A stretch of 63,414 nt of DNA, the filler included, from Octopus bimaculoides (Eukaryota), in assembly GCF_001194135.2 (NCBI RefSeq). It is 7 parts of 7 records of this genome, joined end to end, with 100 filler letters (N's around TTAATTAATTAA, not from the genome) between each part and the next. Parts side by side here need not be neighbours in the genome. Positions count along the whole stretch, not along the records: positions 1 to 8,896 come from NC_069005.1; positions 8,997 to 11,693 come from NC_068988.1; positions 11,794 to 13,919 come from NC_068996.1; 4 more parts are not named here. The stretch is one strand, 5' to 3'. Shown in pieces: positions 1 to 12,875 of this stretch. Made by a program: the position numbers and the translations under genes. Under the pieces are notes generated by a model. That model saw only the letters and a list, made by a program, of their open reading frames with translations. It made no database searches and was not told the DNA's origin. Each line of letters begins with the position of its first letter. Positions within the stretch are counted from its first letter, which is position 1.

Positions 1-39
<39 letters not shown>

Positions 40-88
40 AAGAATGAAAGGAAGAAATAGAGAAGAGAGAGGAAGGAGGAGGAGGAGA
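1..88. repeat. (AG)n microsatellite and purine-rich tract
   Basis: Direct: (AG)18 followed by GAA/GGA-rich sequence. Confidence 0.95.
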
Positions 89-688
89 TCACATTTTAGA
101 TCTTTACGAAACTTGCTGAACAAGTCTGAACAGCTATAAACATAACTGGTGTGATCTGGTGAGCGTTGTAGAGGAGAATAATCAAATGGAAATTATGAGA
201 AGGGAAATATATGAAAGAGAACAAATAATAAAGTCAATATATTAGGCTGTAATGAAAGAAACTGATATCGACGTTTCGGACAACGTCTTCTTTGTCAATT
301 CAAACAGGTAAAGAAAAAAAAACAAGAGAAGATAATCGATGAACGAAATGTATTCGGCATAGCAAATAAAGGCGGGCAGATGAATACGACTTTTGACGGA
401 TGTTATCGTTAAATCTGACATGTCGCTGTAAGTCTTATGCAGAGAGGATAGACAGCTCCAGATGAATTATGGGGACAACATCGTAATATATAACGCAATG
501 TATTGCTTGCGACGCTTTAACCAGTCTGCTTACTACACTTCCGATGTTTAAAAGGTGGGAAAGAGATTGGTGCTGAGCAAGTAATCGTCATTGGATGATT
601 AGCGTAGATTAAAACGAGTAGATTAGAACGAGACAAAAATTGATACTTCACTTCTTCAATGATCCATCGTCAGTAATTATTACATCAC

Positions 689-1449
689 TGTTATATTGCT
701 CTAGTGGAGGCGCAATGGCCCAGTGGTTAGGGCGGCGGACTCGCGGTCATAGGATCGTGGTTTCGATTCCCAGACCGGGTGTTGTGAGTGTTTATTGAGC
801 GAAAACACATAAAGCTCCACGAGGCTCCGGCAGGGGATGGTGGTGAACCCTGCTGTACTCTTTCACCACAACTTTCTCTCACTCTTACTTCCTGTTTCTG
901 TTGTGCTTGTAATTCAAAGGGTCAGCCTTGTCACACTGTGTCACGCTGAATATCCCCGAGAACTACGTTAAAGGTACACGTGTCTGTGGAGTGCTCAGCC
1001 ACTTGCACGTTAATTTCACGAGCAGGCTGTTTCGTTGATCGGATCAACTGGAACCCTCAACGTCGTAAGCAACGGAGTGCCAACACACACACACAACATA
1101 TTGCTATAATTCAGTTCTGTTCTGACTAGGTATCGAACTAAGTTTGGTGGCTTTTACCTTGTTTAGTAAACGTATTTGTACAAATTAACAAAATACAAAT
1201 ACATTTAAATTCAAATTACGATGAAAGTAAACAAACAAACGAAGTTTGCTTTAGAAGCGTTGAGATGTCTTAGAAAGTTAAAGAAGGGATTTTTTTTCAA
1301 ATTCTCAAACGCAGGATAATGCTAAGAATATAGCCTGAACAGGATAAACTCCCCATAATTTGCAGAAAAAAGTGTTGGCGGCCAAACAAGGTAAAAGTCA
1401 CCAAACTCAGTTCGATACCTAGTCAGAACTGAATTAGAGCAATATAACA
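689..1449. mobile_element. Fold-back MITE with ~70-bp terminal inverted repeats, left TIR interrupted by a SINE
   Basis: Left arm tgttatattgctcta[SINE]attcagttct..gactaggtatcgaactaagtttggtggcttttaccttgttt (to ~1164) is the reverse complement of 1384-1449. Confidence 0.75.
704..1097 (+). mobile_element. tRNA-derived SINE family A (tRNA-Arg-like head, ~385 bp)
   Basis: A box TGGCCCAGTGG, B box GGTTTCGATTCC, CA/CAA tail. TSD atattgctcta/atattgctata. Four more near-identical copies in the window. Confidence 0.9.
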
Positions 1450-3007
1450 ATTACTAACACCCTGGTACGAGTATTTCTCAATTTTCTCAATTTTGAAGAC
1501 ATCCATTCAATTATCTACAGAGTATCGCAAAGTATATGGTCTTACATCTTTTTCCTTTTTACTTTGTTCTTGTCCTCAACGGTTATATATATATATATAT
1601 ATATTTACTTTTAATTGTATTATTAGTCAATACGAAGAAAGTCCTATAAGATCCTGCATTTATCATTCATCATCACAGCTTCTAGTTCAGGATATTGAAT
1701 ATCACTTTCTAGTCACTTTGGATCCACAAACTTGGCTAATACATCAATGCTCTCTTTTATTGGAACAATCATGCCAGCGCATATACTATTGTTGCGTTTC
1801 TTTTACTGCATTCAGTTAGATGATGATTAATACATTCATCACTTTTTCAGAGATTCAGCATTTGCTTTCTGGTTGAATTTCATCAATATATTCTTGAATT
1901 CTCTGTTTCATTGAATTATTGGCTATTTCTGGTCGCAGACAATAATCTTTCTTTACTATACACGACAACGTTTTACAAACCCAATACCGCAGCGCTGATG
2001 GTGTCGTCTGCGTTTAACAAACCTCTGCCTCTTTCTTTTCTTTGTAAATATAACTTGTCAATATTATTTTAAGGGCTGTGTACGTTGTACACCGAGAGAA
2101 GCTTCCCAGTTCTTCTATTCCTGTAGTTCCGTCTTTGTCCACCTTAGAAAAGTTATAGACAATTTCAGTACTGACATGACCCATAAATCGATTGGCCTGA
2201 TAAAATTCCATTTTGTTTTGTTTTGAACACCTTCCCAATTCTTTTCGTGTACTTTGGAGGCAAACATAATCTTGTGGTGTCTTTACACCATCAAATTTAA
2301 TCTTTCGACCTCTATTCACAATTAAAACAGCATACTTATTTATCACCAACATGCATACCAATATCCTTGCTAAATATTGCTTCTGCTTCGATCAGAGAAT
2401 CCTGGTATTTTTCCTTTATAGTGTATAGTTTCAGATCATCTATATATATATATTGCAGGTGATTTGATTTCACCCTAGTTTTAGCAAACTCTTAAGCAGG
2501 TGTGGATTTTCTCAGAACGCACGTCAGAAGGAATTAACGTAATCACGAAAAGTAATGTAGAGAACCTGTCTCTCTGAAGTACCACCCAACAAATTTTTAC
2601 ATTTCCTAGTCCCAGTAATTTCCATGCTTTTTCTAAACAACCGTTAACTTTCTCATTGACCCCCAAGTATCCTCAAGTACTCCAAGAATCCAAGTATGAT
2701 ACATTATCGAGTCCTTTCATCTATTCTATCCAACCAGCAGCTAAATTTTTCATTCATCCTATCAAAATATACAGTAGACCAGCAGTTCCCCACAGCTTCT
2801 TTCTGCATCTATTTCGCTCCTCTGATTATAGAATATCTTTCTTCAGAATTCATTTTCTATGAGGACAGTCAGTAATTTCCAGAGTGACGGTAAGCACACA
2901 ATAGATGTCTAAATACTGAGCTCCTCTCCCTTTTTGTCGTTCTGTATTAGTATTATCTTCCCTCTGATCATCGATGTTGGTTTTCCATTTTCTTTACAGT
3001 CACTAAG

Positions 3008-3393
3008 GAGGTGCAATGGCCCAGTAGTTAGGGCAGCGGACTTGCGGTAATAGGATCGCGGTTTCGATTCCCAGACCGGGTGTTGTGAGTGTTTATTGAG
3101 CGAAAACACCTAAAGCTTCACGAGGCTCCGGCAGGGGATGGTGGCGAACCTTGCTGTACTCTTCCACCACAACTTTCTCTCACTCTATCTTCCTGTTGTG
3201 CCTGCAATTCAAAGGGTCAGCCTTGTCACATTCTGTGTCACGCTGAATATCTTCGAGATCTACGTTAAGGGTACACGTGTCTGTGGAGTGCTCAGCCACT
3301 TGCACGTTAATTTCACGAGCAGGCTGTTCCGTTGATCGGATCAACTGGAACCCTCGACGTCGTAAACGACGGAGTGCCTCTCCTCTCTTTCTC
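3008..3393 (+). mobile_element. SINE family A copy inside the R4/Dong-like element
   Basis: Near-identical to 704-1097; 12-bp TSD acagtcactaag (2996-3007 and 3394-3405). Confidence 0.9.
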
Positions 3394-4001
3394 ACAGTCA
3401 CTAAGCAAAGGAAATTTTGAAGCCAGAATCCCTGAACACATTCCGGCCCAGAAACTTTCCATTTGAATATCTTTTAAAACATCTTTTACACTTTCTTTTG
3501 TCTTGACCTATTTTTCATTTTACTTTTAAATTTCCGTAAATTTCCCTTCGTTACATTCCGCATTTTATTCCTTTCTGCTCCAGCATGTCGCAGCGTTTCT
3601 CTGATAGCCATTATCATTGTTCAGCTGTGAGCAAAATTTCCTTTCATTGTTTCTGAAGATCTGCTTCTGCAGATGCTAATTTATTCTTTGTTGGTATCTT
3701 ACGTTTTTTTTACCTGACTTTTCCTTTTCTTTATTTCTTTTTTTTGTCTAACTCTCTTCATATTTCGTGTTGTAGTTTCATTAGAACTCGTTCGTATGTC
3801 TTTCATCCGCCATATTCTTTTCAATTATTGCATTTAGCTTTCGAAATCTCTACCTTGCTGTTGATTTTCTAGTCTCTGTTTTTATCATAGGATTTTCTCT
3901 CTCTCTCATTTTTAAAAATGTTTTTGTTCACCATTCAACCCTAAGAATTTCTACAATAGAACTTGCACAATATATGAAGTGATTTACAGCTGTTATGCAT
4001 T

Positions 4002-4207
4002 TAATACTGGTTTCAAATTTTGGCACAAAGCCAGCAATTCTGGGAGAGAGAGTAAGTCGCTTACATCGATCCCAGTGATCAACTGGTATATATTTTATCG
4101 GCCGCGGAAGGGATGAACGGCAAAGTCGACTTCGGCGGAATTTGAACTCTGAAGAAACGCCACTAAGCATTTTGCCCGGTGTGCTAACGATTATGCCAGA
4201 TCACCCC
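4002..4207 (-). mobile_element. tRNA-derived SINE family C (CORE-like)
   Basis: Reverse complement of the GGCAGAATCGTTAGCAC..GAGTTCAAATTCCGCCGAAGTCGACTTTGCC family. Confidence 0.8.
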
Positions 4208-4222
4208 CTTATGATATATACT

Positions 4223-4445
4223 TAATATTGATTTAAAATTTTGGCACAAGGCCAGCAATTTCGGGGGAGTTGGGTAAGTCGATTACATTGACCCCAGTGT
4301 TCAAATGCTACTTATTTTATCGACCCCGAAAAGATAAACAGCAAAATAAACCTCGATGGAATTTGAGCTCAGAACATAAAGTTGGAAAAAAATGTCGCGA
4401 AAAGCATTGTTCCCCGGCGTGCTAACAATTTTGCCAGCTCGCTTC
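4223..4445 (-). mobile_element. SINE family C
   Basis: Second tandem minus-strand copy with the same head and tail. Confidence 0.8.
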
Positions 4446-4849
4446 CCTGTTCTTCATATTGATTTTCGTTTGATAGCTTAGCTAATCTCTTTACTACTTT
4501 ACGCAGTTTTTGTCTTTCGATTCATCACAAGGCTTGTAATCCCGTTTTATCCATATATCCCTAATTTGCATTTCATTTAAACGTTTAAGTAAGTCTTTGT
4601 CCCCCCTCTACAGACAGGATTGTTTCCTTACATAAAATAAAACTTGCTCTCACCTTGGCTATTTCTTTCCTTTCTGTTATCTTTTGTTCATCTCTCTCTC
4701 TACTATATAACCATGTTCTTCATCTTTCACCGTTTTGAAAATCTCTCCCAGTTTCAACCGAGAGAGGCATTGTCTCTCCATGATAACATTTTTCTGATCT
4801 AGTAGTCTTTGTTCTGTGACAGGTAGCATGCCGCTCTCAATCTATATTT

Positions 4850-5110
4850 TATACACCCTTTTCCAATATCCTATTTTGACAGGTTTGTTTCTATAACAAT
4901 TTTGTTGTCACTTTAAGACCACCTTCACTTAATTTCTTTACTCGCTGTACCTAAGGCACTAACGGTTATTGGAACATTATATTCCTCTTTCATTGATCAT
5001 AGCTTATTGATTTCTCTTTCCGGAGCTTCATATCTCGTCAGTTTTTCTCCTTTTTCCACGATTCTGGTTCTCCCTAGGGCAACTGATGTCTATGATCAGG
5101 CACGATTTAA
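4850..5110 (-). mobile_element. R4/Dong-like endonuclease C-terminal fragment
   Basis: CLIIDISCP, EKGEKLTRYE, VPITVSALGT on the minus strand. Confidence 0.7.
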
Positions 5111-5194
5111 TTAACGGTACGCACGAATCTGTCACAGTTGGAAATAATGTCCTTGTGTATGGGTCACATCTAGTTTCGCTTAGATATCGAGGAT

Positions 5195-5480
5195 ATTTCC
5201 AACAATTGTTGCTGTTCCTAACAACAGATTTCTGCATTAATGCAATTCCCATAGTAACTCTGATTTCAATAAAGAAACTACCAAGTTCTTTTGCAACGGT
5301 ACTTAAGGCGCCTATAACTGCCGGGATTACTTTTGAAGAAACTCTGCAGAATCTTTGCATTTCCCATGCCAAGCCTTGGTCTTCTTCTTTAATCGCCACA
5401 TTCATAACATCAGATAGACTCACGTCTATGATGATTCACTCTTTTGATATCCTATCTAGAATGAGAATATCTGATCGTCT
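5195..5480 (-). mobile_element. R4/Dong-like endonuclease C-terminal fragment (another copy)
   Basis: RRSDILILDR..IIIDVS..QGLAWEMQRF..VIPAVIGALSTV..MQKSV. Confidence 0.75.
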
Positions 5481-6939
5481 TAATGAAGCGCAGGTCGAGC
5501 CTGAAATATTGCCAAGCACTACTTCACACGCCATCTGCACAATTCAGTGAGTCAAAAGTGAACCATCGTATTCTACAAAGGGTTAGACAGAACTATAGCC
5601 ATGGTGATGTTCTGGGAACGATTCTGTGAGCTGATTAGAACAGTCCGTGTAGTCTCTCTTGAAGGACTTTCAGATGGGTACTACGAACGGTGCTGCAGGA
5701 ACAATTACCTAAATAAACTCAATAAGTATTGCCGTGTCAGGGGTACCGGTTACCGAACCTGTCTGGGATGCATTCAAGTGACAAAACCGTCCGATTCTCA
5801 CTCGTCCGGTGACTGTGCATTGCTGGATTATGTCAAATAATTATTTTCACGTGCAGGACAGACCCGGCTGTCAGTTGAGTCTACGTTGAAGAACGAACTA
5901 CCGGCTTTCTTCGGCAAAAAAGAGTAGGCACCCTTTCTCAATTCGTTGACTATAATGAGGGAAGTTGCGGGTTTGAAAGGTTTAAAGACAAAACTTTTTC
6001 TTTATATACAAGCCCTAATTAACTTCAAGTACCACAAGAGGAGAAAGATGAGGGAAAATAAGGAAGAGCTGCTATACATTAAATTTTATGAGAATTAACC
6101 AAATTGATGAGTCTAGATGGAGCCCAAATAAATGGGTGTAAGTTCCTGGATTAATCCAGATGATTACTTCCCATATATTTAGGATCCTTTCAAGTCCTTA
6201 ATTTTGAGCCGTTTTGCTAAGTCATTTATAATAATAAAAGCGAAATTCTGTCGGTCCCTTTGAGACCCCTGTATATCTGGCTGCATTTGCTCTAAATAGA
6301 CAAACTTTTTCTGGAATCAGGATGATCTCGGGATTGAAAATCTGCCCTTCATTTGGTTCTTGAACATCCAGCATTGGGATCTGATTTAAAAGCGTTTGGG
6401 TTGCTATTTCTAGCAGGTAAAACTAGACTCATTCATGCCATCTTGGTTGGCGTTTATCAGATGACGTCAGAGATCAAGGGGGAGATAAAGGACATTCACT
6501 TCGTTAATTTTACGTCGAAATAGGAAATTTGGGACAAATTGGCCAACAGTTGGAATTGAACTTGGGACTGGAACAATAGAATGATTTCATTACAGAATTA
6601 ATTCTTATCCATCCTTAACATCTGATCAAATACCAGCGGGGCATATAGTCATTATAGACGTATTATAGTCATGCTATTTAGTTCTTTCTAGTTTTGAGTC
6701 GCAAACCCAATTAGTCCTCTGCAAGAGCTAGCTTAAAAGTCAGCACAGAAGAGTGCGGCTTTTAAACTAGTATTTATTAAAGCCAAGTTCTTGACATTTT
6801 TATTGTTATTGCTGATCTCATAATTTTATTCCATACAATTCCCACGTCTCACTATTTCTTGTTTATTCTTTTCCTAATGTATTTTGGTTTTGCAATGTCT
6901 CCAATGCTCTGGACACATGTAGTCAATAAAAAAATTGGC

Positions 6940-7272
6940 GGAATTCAAATCTTGCCGAGATTAACTTCAGTATTGATAAAGTACCAGTTAAGTGCTGGAG
7001 TCGATGACAACGACTGACTACCTCCAATCTCAGCTATTGGCCTTGTGATTATATCAGAGACAGAATCGTTGGCACTCCGGACAAAATGTTTAGCGGCATT
7101 TCGTCCGCTTTTACATTCTGAGTTCAAATTTCGCAGAGGTCAACTTTGGAAGACAGAGTCAACTTTCGGAATCGAAAAAAATAAGTACCAGTTAAACACT
7201 AGGGTCGATGTAATCGACTTATCCCCCTACCACAAAATGGCTGCCCTTGTGGCAAAATTTGAAACCATTATT
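6940..7272 (+). mobile_element. Two tandem SINE family C copies (first partial)
   Basis: B box GAGTTCAAATTTCG and core ..AATAAGTACCAG..GGGTCGATGTAATCGAC. Confidence 0.75.
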
Positions 7273-7289
7273 ATTATCATTATTTGATG

Positions 7290-7880
7290 TAAACTCTTTC
7301 GCTTGTTTCGGGCAATGGATTGCGGCTAAGCTGGGGCACCTTCCTGAAGAGTTTTTAGGCGAACAAATCGGCCCCGGTATTTATTTGCTTTTAAAGTTTG
7401 CTACTCGTTCTACTGGTCTCTTTTGCCGAATGGCTAAGTCACGGGGGCGTATGTATGCCAACAACGATTACCAAGCAGTGAAGGGGTAGACACAAACACA
7501 GAGACACATGCACGTACACATATAAACACATACACACTGGCGTAGCTAGTGAGGGGTGGGCAGTAGGGGCGGAACACCCAGTGGGGGCAATAGGGGCGGC
7601 ACTTTTAAAGTGGTCTGCTGTAGGCAATATGTTTTTTTTTGTGGGGTTCGGGGACGTCAAACGGAAGGGCCGCCCCGGGCGGCACCCACTCTAGCTACGC
7701 TAATGCACATACATAAACGATGGGCTTCTTTCACATTCTGCTTAGCAAATCGACTCATAGGTTCTGATTGGCCTGGGGCTACATTAGAATGCACTTGCCC
7801 AAGGTGCCACCCAGCGGAATAGAACCCGGAACGATGTGGCTGAGAAGTAAACTTCTTACCACACAGCTACGCCTACGCCT
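7290..7880 (-). mobile_element. SINE family B (bipartite, internal microsatellite), split by a hAT MITE
   Basis: Reverse complement of GTGGCTGTGTGGTAAG..GGCACCTTGGGCAAG..(TA/TG)n..CGGCAAAAGAGACC..AAACAAG. Confidence 0.75.
7535..7705. mobile_element. hAT-type MITE with 8-bp TSD
   Basis: Ends cactggcgtagctag / ctagctacgctaatg, flanked by direct repeat cacataca (7527-7534, 7706-7713); GC-rich body. Confidence 0.85.
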
Positions 7881-8099
7881 ATGTTCTTAACATTTTTTTT
7901 TTTTTTGATATTTTCAATTCTAATTACAATTGTTGCTCAGGTGAAGACAACTAAGGGCAGATAACTTCTCCGTTACAATAAAAATTTCACCTTTCCACTG
8001 GACGTGGCTTCAGTGAAAACGAACTAAATAATATCCGGTCGATTTTCCACTTTATGTCAAAGGGATTCTCGAAATATTGGCTTTGGGGTTGGAACTCCC

Positions 8100-8896
8100 T
8101 TTTGTCCGTTTTCTTCCTCAATAATTCCTATTTTTTCCTTCATTTCTCTGCTCCTTTCTCCTTGTTTTTATTATCTTTCCTCTCTCACCCACTCTCTTAT
8201 TTTCGTTCTCCCACCCCCACCGTTTCTCTCTCCTTCACCCTTCTCCTTCCTACCCACTGTATTCCCTTATTCTCTCTCTCCCTCCCTCTTTCTCTCTCCT
8301 CTCTCTCTCTCCATATACGTACACACATTCACACACGTATATTGTGACACAGACATAAACATACATACACATACACAAATATATACACACAAACTTAGAC
8401 ATACACACACATACACACACACAATAAACACATTTACACAAACATGCACATACACGTAATTTATTGTTCTTTCACTATTTTTCTCTCCGCCATCTTTCTA
8501 CCTCTCTCCCCCACTCTCTCCCTCTATCACTTCTTCTCTCTCTCTCCGTCTCCCTCCATCACCCCCTCTCCGTCTCTCTCCTCCCTCTCTCTTCCTCTCT
8601 TTCTCTCCCTATCTCTCCCCTCCCTCTCTTTCCCATCCCCCCTCTCTCTCCGTCTCTCTCTCCGTGTCTCTCTTCTTCCTCTCTCTTCTTTCCTCTCTCC
8701 TCTCTCTCTCTCCATATACGTACACACATTCACACACGTATATTGTGACACAGACATAAACATACATACACATACACAAATATATACACACAAACTTAGA
8801 CATACACACACATACACACACACAATAAACACATTTACACAAACATGCACATACACGTAATTTATTGTTCTTTCACTATTTTTCTCTCCGCCATCT
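8100..8896. repeat. CT-rich tract with an exact ~195-bp direct duplication
   Basis: 8301-8494 is repeated at 8703-8896, ending at an assembly break. Confidence 0.85.
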
Positions 8897-8996
8897 NNNN
8901 NNNNNNNNNNNNNNNNNNNNNNNNNNNNNNNNNNNNNNNNTTAATTAATTAANNNNNNNNNNNNNNNNNNNNNNNNNNNNNNNNNNNNNNNNNNNN
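8897..8996. other. Artificial scaffold spacer (44 N + TTAATTAATTAA + 44 N)
   Basis: Identical 100-nt structure occurs six times; the linker has stops in all six frames. Confidence 0.95.
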
Positions 8997-9011
8997 GTGG
9001 TATTGGTGGTG

Positions 9012-9065
<54 letters not shown>

Positions 9066-9480
9066 ATGGTGGTATTGGTGGTGGTAGTGGTGGTGGTAGT
9101 AGTAGTAGTAGAAGTAGTAGTAGTAGTAGTAGTAATAGTAGTAGTAGTGATGGTGGTTATAGTAGGTGGTAGTGGTGGTGGCATTGGTGGTGGTATTAGT
9201 GGTAGTAGTAGTAGTAGTAGTAGTAGTAGTGATGGTGGTTATAGTAGGTGGTGGTGGTGCTGTTGGTGATGATGGTGGTGGTGGTGGTGGTTGTGGTGGT
9301 AGTGGTGGTGGTGGTACTGGTGGTGGTGGTGGTGATAGTGGTGGTATTTGAGATGATAACTGTGGTGGTGATGATGATAGTGTTGTCTGTGTTTGTTGTT
9401 ACGTTAGTTTCAGTAGTGATGATGGTGATAGTAATGGTGACGACGGTAGTGCAGTGGTTATATTTATGATGGCAGTATAC

Positions 9481-9543
<63 letters not shown>

Positions 9544-9674
9544 TTGGTGGTGGTGGTGGTGGTGTCGGGGGCGGCGGCGGCGGCAGTGGCGTTGATGGTG
9601 GTGGCAGCGGTGCTGGTGATAATAATGATGATAATGATGATTATTGACGTGGTGGCAGCGGAGGTGGCGGTGGT
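8997..9674. repeat. Compound trinucleotide microsatellite (GTA/GGT/GAT/GGC)n
   Basis: Direct. Confidence 0.95.
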
Positions 9675-11693
9675 NNNNNNNNNNNNNNNNNNNNNNNNNN
9701 NNNNNNNNNNNNNNNNNNNNNNNNNNNNNNNNNNNNNNNNNNNNNNNNNNNNNNNNNNNNNNNNNNNNNNNNNNNNNNNNNNNNNNNNNNNNNNNNNNNN
9801 NNNNNNNNNNNNNNNNNNNNNNNNNNNNNNNNNNNNNNNNNNNNNNNNNNNNNNNNNNNNNNNNNNNNNNNNNNNNNNNNNNNNNNNNNNNNNNNNNNNN
9901 NNNNNNNNNNNNNNNNNNNNNNNNNNNNNNNNNNNNNNNNNNNNNNNNNNNNNNNNNNNNNNNNNNNNNNNNNNNNNNNNNNNNNNNNNNNNNNNNNNNN
10001 NNNNNNNNNNNNNNNNNNNNNNNNNNNNNNNNNNNNNNNNNNNNNNNNNNNNNNNNNNNNNNNNNNNNNNNNNNNNNNNNNNNNNNNNNNNNNNNNNNNN
10101 NNNNNNNNNNNNNNNNNNNNNNNNNNNNNNNNNNNNNNNNNNNNNNNNNNNNNNNNNNNNNNNNNNNNNNNNNNNNNNNNNNNNNNNNNNNNNNNNNNNN
10201 NNNNNNNNNNNNNNNNNNNNNNNNNNNNNNNNNNNNNNNNNNNNNNNNNNNNNNNNNNNNNNNNNNNNNNNNNNNNNNNNNNNNNNNNNNNNNNNNNNNN
10301 NNNNNNNNNNNNNNNNNNNNNNNNNNNNNNNNNNNNNNNNNNNNNNNNNNNNNNNNNNNNNNNNNNNNNNNNNNNNNNNNNNNNNNNNNNNNNNNNNNNN
10401 NNNNNNNNNNNNNNNNNNNNNNNNNNNNNNNNNNNNNNNNNNNNTATATATACATACACACACACACATATATGTATATGCATGTATGTATGTATGTATA
10501 TATACTTCCATCTCTATCTCCCTAGTATACAGCGTTTGTTCTGCATTATATACCCTACTCCCTAACTCTCTCTCCCTCTTACTCTCTCTCTCTCTCGCAT
10601 GACCATGTTACTTCTGTTCTTCTCACCTATTCCTTTCATTTCTTACATTTTTTCTCACTCTTCTTATTTCATATGCTCTCTCCGTTTTTCCCGTTAACTC
10701 TTCACGTTTTCCGTGTATCACACGTGACATGCCGAACATATCTCTCTGGCTTCAGTGCATCATATACAATACACATCACAAACCGATTTTGAACTACCAG
10801 AGTACATTGGGACTTATGACAGGAAAGTTTTATATTGATATTTCTCAGAACGTATAAAACAAAAGCTAAATAGAAGTTTGAAACAAACGCGAACGCTTAG
10901 GACAAACTTATGAAATTGTTTTGGCCGGCCAGAAGTCAACTGACTTCCGTCACTGTTGTAAGCACACAATCTTTCACCATCAAGAGGTCATTCGGTGTAT
11001 TTTGTGGGCATCACCTCTGGGACAAGCATTGAGACTGGATCTCTGTTCTGAGAACAGTTTCATACTTTTCTCCCCTGATGAGGGGATCCTGACGAGGAAG
11101 GGCATCATATACGCTGCCCTTCCTCTTTTGATTACGCTTCAAATAATTATAATGTAACGACAAAGCCCACACACATAGACAGGAGCGCGCGCACACACAC
11201 ACATATACATGTAGCTCGTACATACGTGCAGTATGTCGTTTTTGTCTACGTTAGTGTACGTTCGTATCTATGTACGTATGAACGTATGTGCATATGGATG
11301 CATGTATGTAATATATGTATGTATAATATATACATATAATGTATGACGTATGTATGTATGTATGTATGTATGTATATTGTCTACATAGAATGTATATATT
11401 TATGGAAAATAATGATGTTTTTTTTTTCCTTATGAGGTTTTTCCACGCTAACTACTTGATAAATTCTTATAAAGTTTTTATCCTAATATAATATTATGAA
11501 TAATTAGAATATATTCAGTGCTGAATATTATTCCGTAAAAACACATGTACAGAAGTGTAACTTAATAAGCCCGCCGCTTTCATGGATATATAAGGATGAA
11601 CAATCGTCTATGTACTGTGTTGAATACATCAGGGTATGTTGATTTTTGTTTATTTTTATGTGTCTTGACCATACGTGTACTGATGAATAAAAG

Positions 11694-11793
11694 NNNNNNN
11701 NNNNNNNNNNNNNNNNNNNNNNNNNNNNNNNNNNNNNTTAATTAATTAANNNNNNNNNNNNNNNNNNNNNNNNNNNNNNNNNNNNNNNNNNNN
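11694..11793. other. Artificial scaffold spacer
   Basis: 44 N + TTAATTAATTAA + 44 N. Confidence 0.95.
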
Positions 11794-12299
11794 ATATATG
11801 TATGTGTATGTGAGTGTGTGTACGTATATGTGTATACATATGTATGTGTGTGTGTGTATGTATATATGGATAGGTATACGGGTAAAGTGTATGTATGCAT
11901 ATGTATACGGGTAATATAGTATAGTAAAGAGAAATAAACAAAATAATTAATTAATCTAGTGGAAATCCACAGGAGAGCAATAAAAATAGAAAATTAAGGA
12001 GTTATCTCCCCTATAATAACAAAGACGAAACCTAACGATGTCCTAAGGACCTAATAACAGTTATGAAGAGCAAATGCAGCACCTTTTAGAAAGAACTAGA
12101 TTTTGGTATTAAAACCATCGCAGCTACATAGTTTTTTTTGTTTAAGCGCTCCCTTCGCATGTCAATATTATTGTAAATGAAACAGCCATTTTTATTTTTT
12201 GTGTAATATCCATTAAGTGAAAAATGACATAACACATTCAACAATAGTAAGCTGCTCATGGTCATGTATTTTGTTGCTAAGTAATCAACGTTGGTCTTT

Positions 12300-12425
12300 T
12301 TTACTCTTCATCTTTTATTTGTTTCACTCATTAGACTGCAGCAGCCATGTTGGGGCAACACGTTGAAAACGTTTTAATCGAAATGGATCGACCCGGTACT
12401 TATTTCTTCTAAAGTCTGGTACTAG
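12300..12425 (-). mobile_element. SINE family B 3' fragment
   Basis: Reverse complement of ..gtcgat..ccccaacatggctgc..gaaacaaataaaag. Confidence 0.65.
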
Positions 12426-12651
12426 AGAGGCTGAGAAAAGATGTCATAAAATCTATGCAGTGAAATAAGTCTATGCATTACAATGGATTTTAATCTTATA
12501 ATAGAAAATTCAAGAAGAACTCATTATTTTATGTATATATACTGACAAGTTTTACTCTAATCGTATTTCCGATGAAAGATAATTTATATAAATAATTATT
12601 GAATCAATCATCCAATACTCTAAAGAATTTAGTTTCTAATATTAGTAACCG

Positions 12652-12875
12652 TGTAAGTCGGCGAACAGGTAGAATCGTTAGCACGCCGGGCAAAATGCTT
12701 AGCGACATTTCACTCGCCTTTACGTTCAGAGTTCAAATTCCACCGAAATCGACTTTGCCTTTCATCATTTCGGGGTTGATAAAATAAGTGCCAGTCGAGC
12801 ACTGTAGTTAATATAATCGGCTTACCCACTCCCCTCAAATTACTGGCCTTCCGCCAAAATTTAAAACCAATATTA
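12652..12875 (+). mobile_element. SINE family C
   Basis: AGAATCGTTAGCACGCCGGGCAAAATGCTTAGC..GAGTTCAAATTCC..GCCTTTCATC..AAAATAAG. Confidence 0.85.

Larger units (their letters stand above)
1470..4840 (-). mobile_element. Decayed R4/Dong-like non-LTR retrotransposon (RT plus restriction-like endonuclease), interrupted by SINEs
   Basis: Fragmentary minus-strand translations in the expected order: PVTEQRLLDQ, GPxCVQGFWLQNF, RGKIILIQNDK, LQRDRFSTLLFVITLIP (QGDxLSPLLF), YIDDLKLY, LWVMSVLKLS..WTKTELQE, RHD, EKIEKY. Many stops and frameshifts. Confidence 0.8.

Noticed and set aside
255-640. GAAACGTC motif on the minus strand near 265-300 and a vaguely GIY-YIG-like stretch
   Set aside because: No intact CTGANGA box or stem I, and the translation is too degraded; at most an old Penelope remnant.
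8054-10602. Long ORFs in the track (poly-T/V/M/H, CV-rich or X-filled), here and throughout the window
   Set aside because: They are translations of microsatellites and N gaps, not genes.
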